From the IMG/VR virus record IMGVR_UViG_3300048598_000511, positions 1 through 51,212 of that record: a stretch of DNA of 51,212 nucleotides; one strand, 5' to 3'. The position numbers were made by a program, and so were the translations under genes. Positions 8,110 through 16,790 of the stretch are shown in pieces. Source of the stretch: a virus. Its lineage: Duplodnaviria; Caudoviricetes. The number at the start of each line of letters is the position of its first letter. The first letter of the stretch is position 1. Under the pieces are notes generated by a model. It saw only the letters and a list, made by a program, of their open reading frames with translations. It was not told the DNA's origin and made no database searches.

Positions 8110-8993
8110 CCCTCTCGACACCCACGCCGTGGATGGACGACTACGACAGCTACGACGAGCCAGACGTGCCGGCCGAGCCCCGTATCGAGGTCCGCTACGA
8201 CCTGGAGCAGGGCAGCGAGGAATGGCTGGAGGCGCGTCGGGGCATGCTCACCGCCTCAGTGATCGGCCAGCTCATCACCGTGGGACCGCCGGACGCGTTG
8301 ACTGTGGCCTGTCCGTACTGCCATGCGGCTGAGGGTGGTCCGTGCCTGAGCGCTGCTCGCAAGGAGCCGACGCCGACCAAGGTTCCGCACCCCGCCAGGA
8401 TCGCGAGGGCGGCCGAGATGCCACCCACTTACAAGCCTGCGACCGGGGATGTGCCCAGGATGCTGACGGCGCTGCTGGTGGCAGAGCGCATCAACGGCTG
8501 GTCCGACCCGGTCTTCATCTCCAGCGACATGTGGCGCGGGAAGATGGAGGAGCCGCTGGCCCGCTCCCTGTACTCCGAGACCTACGCCAAGGTCACCGAG
8601 GCGGGGCTCATCGTCCGTTCCGACTGGGGATTCAGCATCGGCTACAGCCCCGATGGGCTGGTGGGCGATGACGGCCTCATCGAGGTCAAGTCTCGGCGGG
8701 CCAAGAGGCAGCTCCTGACGGTGCTCGACGACACGGTGCCGCTCGAGAATCTGGCCCAGATCCAGACGGGGCTGCTCGTCAGCGGCCGCTCTTGGTGTGA
8801 CTACGTGAGCTACTCCGGCGGCATGCCGATGTGGCGGACACGCGTCTACCCGGATCCCGCATGGCAGGCCGTGATCGTCGAGGCCGCCCGTCTCTTCGAA
8901 CGCACCGCCACCCGGATGCTCACCACCTGGACCGAGCGCACCGTCGGACTGCCGGCGACCGAGCGCACCACTTACGACCTGGAGATCGTGTGA
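8106..8993 (+). CDS. YqaJ/lambda-exonuclease family protein with inserted zinc finger
   Basis: EQGSEEWLEARRGMLTAS, YSPDGL, IEVK, QIQTGL; insertion CPYC...C...H. Confidence 0.9.
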   Translation: MTLSTPTPWMDDYDSYDEPDVPAEPRIEVRYDLEQGSEEWLEARRGMLTASVIGQLITVGPPDALTVACPYCHAAEGGPCLSAARKEPTPTKVPHPARIARAAEMPPTYKPATGDVPRMLTALLVAERINGWSDPVFISSDMWRGKMEEPLARSLYSETYAKVTEAGLIVRSDWGFSIGYSPDGLVGDDGLIEVKSRRAKRQLLTVLDDTVPLENLAQIQTGLLVSGRSWCDYVSYSGGMPMWRTRVYPDPAWQAVIVEAARLFERTATRMLTTWTERTVGLPATERTTYDLEIV

Positions 8994-9592
8994 TGGACGA
9001 CCACGGAGACATTTCAGACACCCTGGCCCCGAAGTCGGAGCAGCTCGACAACGTCGAACTCACCAGCGGCCCCCGCGTCTTCGTCGTGGAGCGCGTCGAG
9101 GTCAAGCGTGAGGCCGAACAGCCTGTCCGCGTCTACTTCCTCGGCTTCCCGCGCCCGTGGCGGCCCGGTGTCACCATGCGCCGCGTCCTTGCCTACTGCT
9201 GGGGCGAGAAGTCCAAGTGCTGGCCTGGACGCAGCATCAAGCTCTTCCGCGACCCCGACATCCGCTACGGCAAGGACGCTACGGGAGGTACCCGAATCGC
9301 AGCCATGAGCGACATCGACGGCAGACAGGAAGTGCCGATCCTCATGTCGCAGGGTCGCGCCGGGGTCTATGTCGTCGAGCCCCTGTCGCCGACCGAGATC
9401 CCGGCCGCCACCCCAACCGCCAGCCCGACCCCGGACCAGATCGACGCCTGCACCGACATCGCCGAACTCGGCGAGATGTGGAAGGCGCACCCCGACGCCC
9501 GCGCCCGCATCGAGGCCCGTGTCGCAGCACTCAAGGCAGCCGAGCCAGACGGCCGCCTCATCCCTGACCACGTCACCGCTGCTGGCGAGTGA
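8993..9592 (+). CDS. Exonuclease partner, putative ssDNA-binding/annealing protein
   Basis: Directly follows exonuclease; APKSEQL...GGTRI motifs; function inferred from position. Confidence 0.6.
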   Translation: MDDHGDISDTLAPKSEQLDNVELTSGPRVFVVERVEVKREAEQPVRVYFLGFPRPWRPGVTMRRVLAYCWGEKSKCWPGRSIKLFRDPDIRYGKDATGGTRIAAMSDIDGRQEVPILMSQGRAGVYVVEPLSPTEIPAATPTASPTPDQIDACTDIAELGEMWKAHPDARARIEARVAALKAAEPDGRLIPDHVTAAGE

Positions 9593-9652
9593 CCTACCCG
9601 CCGGACTCGTCGGGGGGCGAGTCCGGCCAAGACGAATCGAAGGAGAGAGCAA

Positions 9653-10267
9653 ATGAGCAGCTTCACCATCACCCACAAGGACCTGTCAAGACTCGCCACT
9701 ATCGTCGGCCCGAGTGTCGGCAAGGACACCCTGCTGCCGGTCTTCACCTACGTCCAGATCCGAAGCCATGAAGGCCGCGTCGAGATGCGGGCCACCGACC
9801 GGTTCACCCTTGCCGTCGCCCGTGTGGAGACCACCTACGATGGCGAGCCGTTCTGCATGCGGCACGCCGACCTGAAGCACCTGCTGACGATGCTCAAGAT
9901 GGCCGGCTCGGTGCACCTCACCATCAGCATCGAGGGCGACACCATCACCGCCTCCGCCGCTCAGCCAGACCTTCGCGACGGACCCAGCATTACCGTCACT
10001 TTCAGCGTGCCGGCCGGGGACTACCCGACGTTCGACCCGTTCCTGAGGGACTGGTCAGATACCGTCGCACGTCCCGCCTTCAATCCTGCCTACCTGCGCC
10101 GCGTCCCCAACCTGCTGAGCGCTGAGCCCGTCAGGTTCGCCAGCCAGGGTGAAGGCAAGCCGTGCGGACTCTTCGCCGCCGACTGGGCGCTGGTCATCAT
10201 GCCCATCAGGACAGCCGAGGACGCGACCGACCAGTGGCTGACCAAGCCGGAAGCCGAGGCCGCGTGA
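9653..10267 (+). CDS. DNA polymerase III beta-clamp-like protein
   Basis: LPVFTYV...ATDRFTLA, GDYP, FNPAYL, IMPIR motifs of DnaN domains; short (204 aa). Confidence 0.75.
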   Translation: MSSFTITHKDLSRLATIVGPSVGKDTLLPVFTYVQIRSHEGRVEMRATDRFTLAVARVETTYDGEPFCMRHADLKHLLTMLKMAGSVHLTISIEGDTITASAAQPDLRDGPSITVTFSVPAGDYPTFDPFLRDWSDTVARPAFNPAYLRRVPNLLSAEPVRFASQGEGKPCGLFAADWALVIMPIRTAEDATDQWLTKPEAEAA

Positions 10268-10437
10268 TGGGCGCCTCAGGACGTACCTACCTGCACCCCG
10301 AGCCGCACCGTGAGCATGTCCCGGTGACACGCCGGGCAGCCACGGCAGCCGTCTGGGTACTGATCGGACTCATCTGCATCAGCTTCTGGACTGTCGTGGG
10401 AGCCCTGCTGGCTTGGTGGGCGGGAGTGGACCGATGA
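10267..10437 (+). CDS. Small membrane protein
   Basis: One TM segment, coupled. Confidence 0.55.
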   Translation: MGASGRTYLHPEPHREHVPVTRRAATAAVWVLIGLICISFWTVVGALLAWWAGVDR

Positions 10438-10853
10438 GCCAGATCACGACAGCCGACGAGCTGGACGGACTGCCGATGGGGAGCATCGTCAAGGTGTCCG
10501 ACGAGTCCCCGGACAGCTTCTGGCTCAGGGGCGGCGGTGGCCTCTGGTGGACCTTCGCCGCCGTACGCGGATACTCCAGCGCCGAAATGGTGGAGGAGTG
10601 GCAGTACACCGTCCTCTACCGTCCCGACGTCCCGGCCGAACCCCAGCGGGTGCAGCCGAGCCGGGAGGAGGTGGCGTCGGCATTCGACACCCACCGGTGG
10701 AAGACGATGGGAGTTCGCTCCGTCGAGTGTGAGTGCGGAGCCATCCTGCACGATCCAGCCAGCCAGCCACTGCGTATGTTCCCGGCGGATCGAGTCTTCC
10801 GCGAGCATCTAGCCGACGCCATCCTCGCCCTGTTCGAGGGACGTGAGTCATGA
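10434..10853 (+). CDS. Hypothetical protein
   Basis: ITTADELDGLPMGSIV N-terminus; H..CECG..H motif. Confidence 0.65.
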   Translation: MSQITTADELDGLPMGSIVKVSDESPDSFWLRGGGGLWWTFAAVRGYSSAEMVEEWQYTVLYRPDVPAEPQRVQPSREEVASAFDTHRWKTMGVRSVECECGAILHDPASQPLRMFPADRVFREHLADAILALFEGRES

Positions 10854-11359
10854 CCATGACTACGGCCACGTGGTGGCGCAAGTTCTGGGAGCGCGTCGAC
10901 CGGTCCGGCGGGTGCTGGCTATGGGCTGGCGGTTCCAATGGCTACGGCTACGGCACCCTGACTCGCGGCGGCACGAAACTCATGGCGCACCGCGTGGCCT
11001 ACGAGTCGATGGTCGGACCCATCCCGGACGGCTTGGTCCTCGACCACCTGTGCCGTGTCCGCAACTGTGTGAATCCGGCGCACCTGGAGCCCGTAACGAT
11101 CGGCGAAAACGTGCTTCGTGGGGTCGGTCCATCCGCCATGGGATGTCTGCGTACCCATTGCCCCCAAGGGCACGAGTACACGCCGGAGAACACCGAGGTC
11201 CGAGGTGATGGACGGCATTGCCGAGAGTGCCATCGGGCCGATAGCCGCCGCCGCTCCGCTCTACGAGCGCCGTGCCCCGTCTGTGGCCTTGAGCGGAAGG
11301 CCCGCTACATCCCCGATCACATCCGCAGGGTTCACCGACAGGAGGCCAACCATGGCTGA
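10850..11359 (+). CDS. HNH endonuclease
   Basis: CWLWAG, AHRVAY, LDHLCRVRNCVNPAHLE, THCPQGHEY. Confidence 0.9.
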   Translation: MTMTTATWWRKFWERVDRSGGCWLWAGGSNGYGYGTLTRGGTKLMAHRVAYESMVGPIPDGLVLDHLCRVRNCVNPAHLEPVTIGENVLRGVGPSAMGCLRTHCPQGHEYTPENTEVRGDGRHCRECHRADSRRRSALRAPCPVCGLERKARYIPDHIRRVHRQEANHG

Positions 11360-11672
11360 GTTCGAGCAGCTTCCCGACGACGCCCGAATGAACGCCTACT
11401 ACTACGGCTTCGAGCGGACCGGCATCGGTCCTATCGACGCGATCCTCTCGGCGGTGGCGGTGGCAGGGAAGGGTTCGCATCACACTTCCGACTGGTGCGA
11501 AAAGTCCAGCTACGACTACTACAAGGGCCGCCCCGGACTCCCTGATGCAGACAGCGCGCTGGACCTCATTCAGTCGACCGCGAACCGTTCTGCGGCGCAG
11601 GTACGGGCAGCACTCGCCGCCCAGCCCACCGTGGCCGAGGTCAAGGCTGAGGCGCTGAGGGGGCTGTCGTGA
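11352..11672 (+). CDS. Hypothetical phage protein
   Basis: SD AGGAGG; RMNAYYYGFERTG..IDAILSAVA.AGK. Confidence 0.7.
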   Translation: MAEFEQLPDDARMNAYYYGFERTGIGPIDAILSAVAVAGKGSHHTSDWCEKSSYDYYKGRPGLPDADSALDLIQSTANRSAAQVRAALAAQPTVAEVKAEALRGLS

Positions 11673-12706
11673 CCGCCCTCCGATTCTTCAGCTACGGCGG
11701 CGGCGTCCAATCCACCGCCGCCCTCGTCCTCGCGGCACGCGGCGAAATCGACTTCCCGCACTTCGTGATGGCCAATGTCGGCGATGACTCCGAGCACCCT
11801 GCCACCCTGGCCTACGTCCGCGACGTGGCCATGCCCTACGCCGCAGGGCACGGCATCGACCTGCATCTGCTCGACCGGACCAAGCGTGACGGCACCGTCG
11901 AGACCCTGTGGGGCCGACTTATGGATTCGCGGCCGTGTCCCGACTGTGATGGCGTGCCGTCGCCGGACCAAGAGGCGGGCTGCCCTTGGTGTGAGGGCCG
12001 GGGCAACCGCAACGTGCTCGACTGGCCGGACGGCGTCGACTTCGACGAGTTGGACGACGACTACGAGCCGCCAATGCGGTGGGGCAAGTGCCCCAACTGC
12101 GACGGCAAGGGCTATCGGATGGTCCCGGGATGTTCCAGATGTGGCGGCACCGGCCGTCTAGAGTCCCGCTCGCTGCCGATTCCGGTCCGCATGTCCAACG
12201 GCGCACCGGGCCAGAGGTCATGCACCGCCGACTTCAAGATCAGAGTCACCGGCAAATGGGCCAAGCAGCACGGGGCCACCAAGGACACCCCGGCCGTCGT
12301 CGGTATTGGCATCAGCGTGGACGAGATCCACCGCGCCAACAACCGCCGCGTCGAAGCCCACGAGCAGATCGTCTACCCGCTGCTCGACCTCCGGCTGAGG
12401 CGCGACGACTGCCTGCGCATCATCGCCGAAGAGGGGCTGCCAGTGCCCGGCAAGTCGTCGTGCTTCTTCTGCCCGTTCCATCGGACCACGGCATGGCAGG
12501 ACCTCGCACGCGAAACCCCTGACCTCTTCGAGAAGTCGTGCCAGCTTGAGGACACCCTCAACGCCCGCCGTGACACGCTCGGCAAGGATCACGTCTTCCT
12601 GACGCGCTTCGGGGTCCCTCTGCGACAGGCGATCGCGCTGGACCAGGACACGCTGCCCGCCGATCCTGCGGATGGGGAGTGCGGCTCAGGGTGGTGCGGA
12701 CTATGA
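11669..12706 (+). CDS. PAPS-reductase-like PP-loop protein with DnaJ-type zinc-finger insertion
   Basis: SYGGGVQS PP-loop, CTADFKI, GISVDE, KSSCFFCPFH, ECGSGWC; four CxxC(xGxG) motifs internally. Confidence 0.82.
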   Translation: MTALRFFSYGGGVQSTAALVLAARGEIDFPHFVMANVGDDSEHPATLAYVRDVAMPYAAGHGIDLHLLDRTKRDGTVETLWGRLMDSRPCPDCDGVPSPDQEAGCPWCEGRGNRNVLDWPDGVDFDELDDDYEPPMRWGKCPNCDGKGYRMVPGCSRCGGTGRLESRSLPIPVRMSNGAPGQRSCTADFKIRVTGKWAKQHGATKDTPAVVGIGISVDEIHRANNRRVEAHEQIVYPLLDLRLRRDDCLRIIAEEGLPVPGKSSCFFCPFHRTTAWQDLARETPDLFEKSCQLEDTLNARRDTLGKDHVFLTRFGVPLRQAIALDQDTLPADPADGECGSGWCGL

Positions 12707-12765
12707 CCGCCCTCCGTGTCCGTGTCGCCCTGTGGCTGTGGCGTGCGGCGAGGAGGCTGGGATGA
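12703..12765 (+). CDS. Possible 20-aa coupling peptide
   Basis: MTALRVRVALWLWRAARRLG; ATGA overlaps at both ends. Confidence 0.4.
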   Translation: MTALRVRVALWLWRAARRLG

Positions 12766-13088
12766 GCACCCTCCAGGACATCATCGCCACCCTCGACCGT
12801 CACGGCATAGAGCCCATCAGCCTCACCTACGAGCACCTGACGTCCGGGACTCACTGGACGCTCTACGTCGGCTGCTGCGCCGACTTCTGGACGCTGGCCG
12901 GCGAGTGGCACGGGAGACGCTCAGACCGACTCACGGGCTTCCACGCCACCGAGCGGACCAGGCTCGCACAGTGTGGGGATGGGCTGCTCGGCCATCTGTG
13001 CCACCACCTGTTGCCCTGCTGGGACAGCGTCGAGGGTGAGGCTCCAGCCGAGCCTGAGCAGGGCGTGCCGATCGGGGGTGCGCTGTGA
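12762..13088 (+). CDS. Hypothetical protein
   Basis: SD GGAGG, coupled. Confidence 0.6.
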   Translation: MSTLQDIIATLDRHGIEPISLTYEHLTSGTHWTLYVGCCADFWTLAGEWHGRRSDRLTGFHATERTRLAQCGDGLLGHLCHHLLPCWDSVEGEAPAEPEQGVPIGGAL

Positions 13089-14167
13089 ATCTCGCGGCAC
13101 CCTTCCCGTACTTCGGCGGAAAGCGTCGGGCTGCCCAGACTGTCTGGCGGGCGCTCGGCGACCCGTCCGGCTACGTCGAGCCGTTCGCCGGGTCTGCTGC
13201 CGTACTCCTTGCCCGGCCATCGTTCGACGGCCGTCGAGTTGAAACCATCAACGACGCTGACGGCTGGCTCGTCAATGCGTGGCGCGCCATCCAACTCAGC
13301 CCCACCGAAGTAGCCCGGTATGCCCACGGCCCTGTCTCTGAGATCGACTACCACGCCCGGCTGGCGTGGCTGCAGGAGCGCCGCACGCCCGAGTTGGTGG
13401 CGTGGCTGGAGGGCGACCCGGAGGTGCACGACGCGAAGGCTGCCGCGTGGTGGCTGTATGTCGCCGCGTGCGGTATCGGCGATCCTTGGGGCGGTGGGCC
13501 GTGGCGCGTGCAGGATGGCCTGCTGGTCGACTCCCGCGCCACGGCCTCGGCGATGCCGGGCGGGGAATCCACCGGGCACTCCTCACCGCTCGGCGTGAAT
13601 CGTGAACTCCCGCACCTCGGCGACGCCGGGCAGGGAATCCACCGGGCACTCCCGCACCTCGGCGATGCCGGGCGGGGAATCCACCGGGCACTCCCGCACC
13701 TCGGCAACGCCGGGCGGGGAATCCACGAAGAGCAACTAGAGGCCTACTTGGCATTGCTCGCCGCCCGGCTCGAACGCGTCCGCATCACCTGCGGCGACTG
13801 GCTGCGTGTCGTGCAGCCATCCGTGGTCAGATCCGGCAGTGGGGGTGACGGTGCCCGCGCCGTGTTCCTGGACCCGCCGTATGCCACCAGCGGCGACCTC
13901 TATGCGGCCGCGAGCGACGGCATCGCCGAACATGTAGCTGACTGGTGCCTCGGTGCCGACCCTTCCCTGCGCATCATCCTTTGCGGCTACGACGACGAGC
14001 ACGCGCGACTTGAGGTCCACGGCTGGAGCAGAGTGGATGGCAAGGCGGGCGGGGGCGCTGGGTACAGCACCCGCCGCGACAACGGCCGACGGGAGCGCCT
14101 GTGGCTGAGCCCCGCCTGCCTCAGCGACCACCGGCAGGACGTCCTCGACTTCGGGGAGCCCGCATGA
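13085..14167 (+). CDS. DNA adenine methyltransferase (Dam/D12 class)
   Basis: PFPYFGGK, YVEPFAGS (SAM binding), IND, FLDPPY (catalytic). Confidence 0.92.
   Translation: MNLAAPFPYFGGKRRAAQTVWRALGDPSGYVEPFAGSAAVLLARPSFDGRRVETINDADGWLVNAWRAIQLSPTEVARYAHGPVSEIDYHARLAWLQERRTPELVAWLEGDPEVHDAKAAAWWLYVAACGIGDPWGGGPWRVQDGLLVDSRATASAMPGGESTGHSSPLGVNRELPHLGDAGQGIHRALPHLGDAGRGIHRALPHLGNAGRGIHEEQLEAYLALLAARLERVRITCGDWLRVVQPSVVRSGSGGDGARAVFLDPPYATSGDLYAAASDGIAEHVADWCLGADPSLRIILCGYDDEHARLEVHGWSRVDGKAGGGAGYSTRRDNGRRERLWLSPACLSDHRQDVLDFGEPA
13545..13726 (+). repeat. 42-bp tandem repeat in methyltransferase variable region
   Basis: CCTCGGC(G/A)A(C/T)GCCGGGC(A/G)GGGAATCCAC copies start at 13545, 13615, 13657, 13699. 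Confidence 0.9.
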
Positions 14168-14322
14168 GACCCCCGACCACCACCATCGCGCTCCACCGTG
14201 GCCGCTGGACCGCAGCCTGCCTCCGCGACGGCTGCACCTGGCGCGCCGCAGCACTCCTCACTCGCTCGGCCGCAGAGGCAGCGGCGAGCACCCACGACCA
14301 GCAGCACAGGAGGACGCGATGA
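14164..14322 (+). CDS. Small C2H2-like protein
   Basis: C..DGC.W...H...H. Confidence 0.55.
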   Translation: MRPPTTTIALHRGRWTAACLRDGCTWRAAALLTRSAAEAAASTHDQQHRRTR

Positions 14323-15200
14323 CCCACGAGTGCGCGATGCACGAGGCTGGCTCGGCCCAGTGCTACACCGACCACCGCTGCCGCTGCGCCGCCTGCTCGG
14401 CCGCGGGCAATGCGTATCGCAAGAGGCAGCGCGCCGGGGTTACCAGCAAAGTGCCGACCTCGGTCGTCTGCGCCCACCTGGATCTCCTGGCTACCGCAGG
14501 CATGTCTGCCCTCGACATCGCCGCCGATGCCGGCGTGTCCCGCACGACTATCACCCGCATCCTCACCGGGGAGACCAGCAGTGTGTGGAGACGCACGGCC
14601 CGCGTACTGCTCGCCGTCCAGCCACGACCCGGAGCGTACGGCACAGTGTCGGCTGTCGGTACAGCCCGTCGAATGCAGGCGCTCGCCGCCCTCGGCTGGT
14701 CGAGCCGCGCGATCGCTATCGCCACGGGCATCCCCGACAGCAATGTGCGCCGCATCCGCCGGCACGCGATCCCGACCGTATCAGCCACCACTGCGGCGGC
14801 CGTGCGGTCCCTGTACGACCACGCCTCGATGCGGCCGCCGACATGCCCCGATCTGCGGCTGCTCAACCTGGCCAGACGCAACGGATGGGCTCCGCCGCTG
14901 GCCTGGGACGACGACCTCGGACCCCATGGCATCGACAACCCGGACGCGACTCCCTGCCTTCCTGGCGACTCGCAGACCGACCGGCTCGCCGACGCCCTGT
15001 GGCTCATAGACGCCGGCGAATCACCATCCCGCATCGCTGCTCGGGTCGGCTACAAGGACCGCGACGGGCTCTACCAGGCACTCAACCGGGCGGGCCTCGG
15101 AGACCAGGTGCAGCGGCTCAGCAAGGCGCAACGGGCCGAGTACGACGCACTGAGAGACGCAGGGCTCGGCGAGATCCGCGGGCCGAGGAAGGTCGCCTGA
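14319..15200 (+). CDS. Multi-HTH DNA-binding protein
   Basis: CRCAAC, IAADAGVSRTTI, GTARRMQAL..LGW, GWAPPLAWD. Confidence 0.75.
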   Translation: MTHECAMHEAGSAQCYTDHRCRCAACSAAGNAYRKRQRAGVTSKVPTSVVCAHLDLLATAGMSALDIAADAGVSRTTITRILTGETSSVWRRTARVLLAVQPRPGAYGTVSAVGTARRMQALAALGWSSRAIAIATGIPDSNVRRIRRHAIPTVSATTAAAVRSLYDHASMRPPTCPDLRLLNLARRNGWAPPLAWDDDLGPHGIDNPDATPCLPGDSQTDRLADALWLIDAGESPSRIAARVGYKDRDGLYQALNRAGLGDQVQRLSKAQRAEYDALRDAGLGEIRGPRKVA

Positions 15201-15610
15201 TGGTCCGGAGGATTCCTGGCGAGTTCGTCCCGGCCGACGTGAATCTTGCGAACGATCCGGCGATTATGCGCGCCGGGCCGCTCGCCGAGCTGATGTTCCG
15301 TCGAGCCAACGAATACGCCAAACGCAACGACCGAGACGGGGTCATTTGCGGCGTCGAGTTGGGGGTGATCGCGTTCGGCATCCCCGGCAGGCCGATTGCC
15401 CATGCCGAGGCGTTGGTCCGAGAAGGGCTGTGGGAGCAATCCGGCGATGACTACGTGATTCGCTCGTTCCTGAAGTGGAACATGAGTCAGGTTGAGCAGG
15501 CCGAAGACAAGGAGAAGAAGCGTCTCGCAGCCATTCTGACCAACCATAAGCGCTACCACCACAAGGAGCCCCAAGCCGACTGCCCGCACTGCATGGAGGT
15601 CGCAGAATGA
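15200..15610 (+). CDS. Replication-initiator-like N-terminal domain protein
   Basis: DG.I...AEALVREGLW....DDYVIRSFLKWN pattern of actinophage replisome organisers; followed by repeats. Confidence 0.6.
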   Translation: MVRRIPGEFVPADVNLANDPAIMRAGPLAELMFRRANEYAKRNDRDGVICGVELGVIAFGIPGRPIAHAEALVREGLWEQSGDDYVIRSFLKWNMSQVEQAEDKEKKRLAAILTNHKRYHHKEPQADCPHCMEVAE

Positions 15611-15879
15611 CTCGCTACACCGATCGCTATAGCGATCGCTACACCGATCGTGCACCCGTCAAAAGCATTCTCGCTCCCTGCTCGCAGAGGGTAGAGGGTA
15701 GAGAGCAGAGGGTAGAGGGTAGAGAGCAGAGGGTAGAGGTCCCCCCGCTGACGCGGGCCCCCCAGGGGGCCCTTGTCCTCGAACCCTGTGCCCCGACTTT
15801 GTCAGTGGTTACGCACAGACTCAATTCTGAAAGTCAACTACAGACGGCGCGCGCGTTCGATTCGGTGGTGGCGTCGTGA
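15607..15879 (+). CDS. Repeat-rich ORF overlapping putative origin
   Basis: RYTD/RYSD and QRVEGRE repeats. Confidence 0.45.
   Translation: MTRYTDRYSDRYTDRAPVKSILAPCSQRVEGREQRVEGREQRVEVPPLTRAPQGALVLEPCAPTLSVVTHRLNSESQLQTARAFDSVVAS
15613..15739. repeat. Putative replication origin: 12-bp and 21-bp repeats
   Basis: CGCTA(C/T)A(C/G)CGAT x3 at 15613-15648; GCAGAGGGTAGAGGGTAGAGA x2.7 at 15684-15739. Confidence 0.7.
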
Positions 15880-16370
15880 TCACCGAATCGAGCTACCTGC
15901 CCGCCATCGAAGCACTGGAGTCGCTCGGCCCATCACTGCATGCCGTTCGGCTCTCCCGCGGCAAGAGCCTACGGAAGTGCGCCGCCGAAATGGGCATCAG
16001 CTTCTCGACTGTCAACCGCGTCGAGTCGGGCGAGGACTGCGACCTCGGCAGCGCCCTGGCCATCCTGCGCTGGCTCGCGACGCCGCCCGGCGTCGCTGCC
16101 GTCGAAGTGCGGGTCAACCCTGCGCTCGCCATCGACCTCAGCGACCCCGATACCGAGCCGGTCGTCCGCGTCTGGACATGCGCACAGTGCGGCAAGCGTG
16201 AACCGTGGGGGCCGGGCTGGGCGTGGTTCGGCAACTACCGCCAGCTGGACCTGACCGGTGAGCCAGAGTTCGTCGTCTGCTCGACCGCCTGCCGCCAGAG
16301 GTCCGCGACGCGTGAGGGCCACGACGCCGCGCTGCTCAACGCTGCCGAGGATGGTGGCGACGATGTCTAG
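15876..16370 (+). CDS. XRE HTH + zinc-binding domain protein
   Basis: SLRKCAAEMGISFSTVNRVESG; CAQC...CSTAC. Confidence 0.75.
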   Translation: MITESSYLPAIEALESLGPSLHAVRLSRGKSLRKCAAEMGISFSTVNRVESGEDCDLGSALAILRWLATPPGVAAVEVRVNPALAIDLSDPDTEPVVRVWTCAQCGKREPWGPGWAWFGNYRQLDLTGEPEFVVCSTACRQRSATREGHDAALLNAAEDGGDDV

Positions 16371-16506
16371 CCACCCCTGCCCGTTCGGCGTCGGCGAACT
16401 GCTGGCCTTGTACGCGATCGTCCTGAACACCCACCACAACCCCGAGCTGGCCGCGCGCCTCAAGGAGCACGCGGACCAGCACTACCCCGAAGGAGAGCCG
16501 CAGTGA
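16363..16506 (+). CDS. Hypothetical protein
   Basis: Coupled small ORF. Confidence 0.5.
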   Translation: MSSHPCPFGVGELLALYAIVLNTHHNPELAARLKEHADQHYPEGEPQ

Positions 16507-16790
16507 GCACCTACGTCTACCTCGAATGCCTCGATCACGACCCGCCACTGAGGGCTGACGGCGAGTCGGGCCAGCACCTGTCCGACCTGCCGCAGATCAG
16601 GGCCGACATCGCCGCCCGTGACGCACTGCTGACCCTCATCGCCGCGTCCGAGTGGGGCGATGTGCCCGACCTTGGCACCTACTTCCGCCAGAACACCGCC
16701 CGATTCCTGGCCGCCCTCCCGCACTGCCGCATCGGCATCCGGGACGAGTACGGCGACGTGCACCCGACCATCGAAGGAGAGCAAGCATGA
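16503..16790 (+). CDS. Hypothetical phage protein
   Basis: MST..YLECLDHDPP...DEYG. Confidence 0.7.
   Translation: MSTYVYLECLDHDPPLRADGESGQHLSDLPQIRADIAARDALLTLIAASEWGDVPDLGTYFRQNTARFLAALPHCRIGIRDEYGDVHPTIEGEQA

Noticed and set aside
13545-13726. CRISPR array
   Set aside because: Repeats are contiguous without unique spacers and lie inside the methyltransferase ORF
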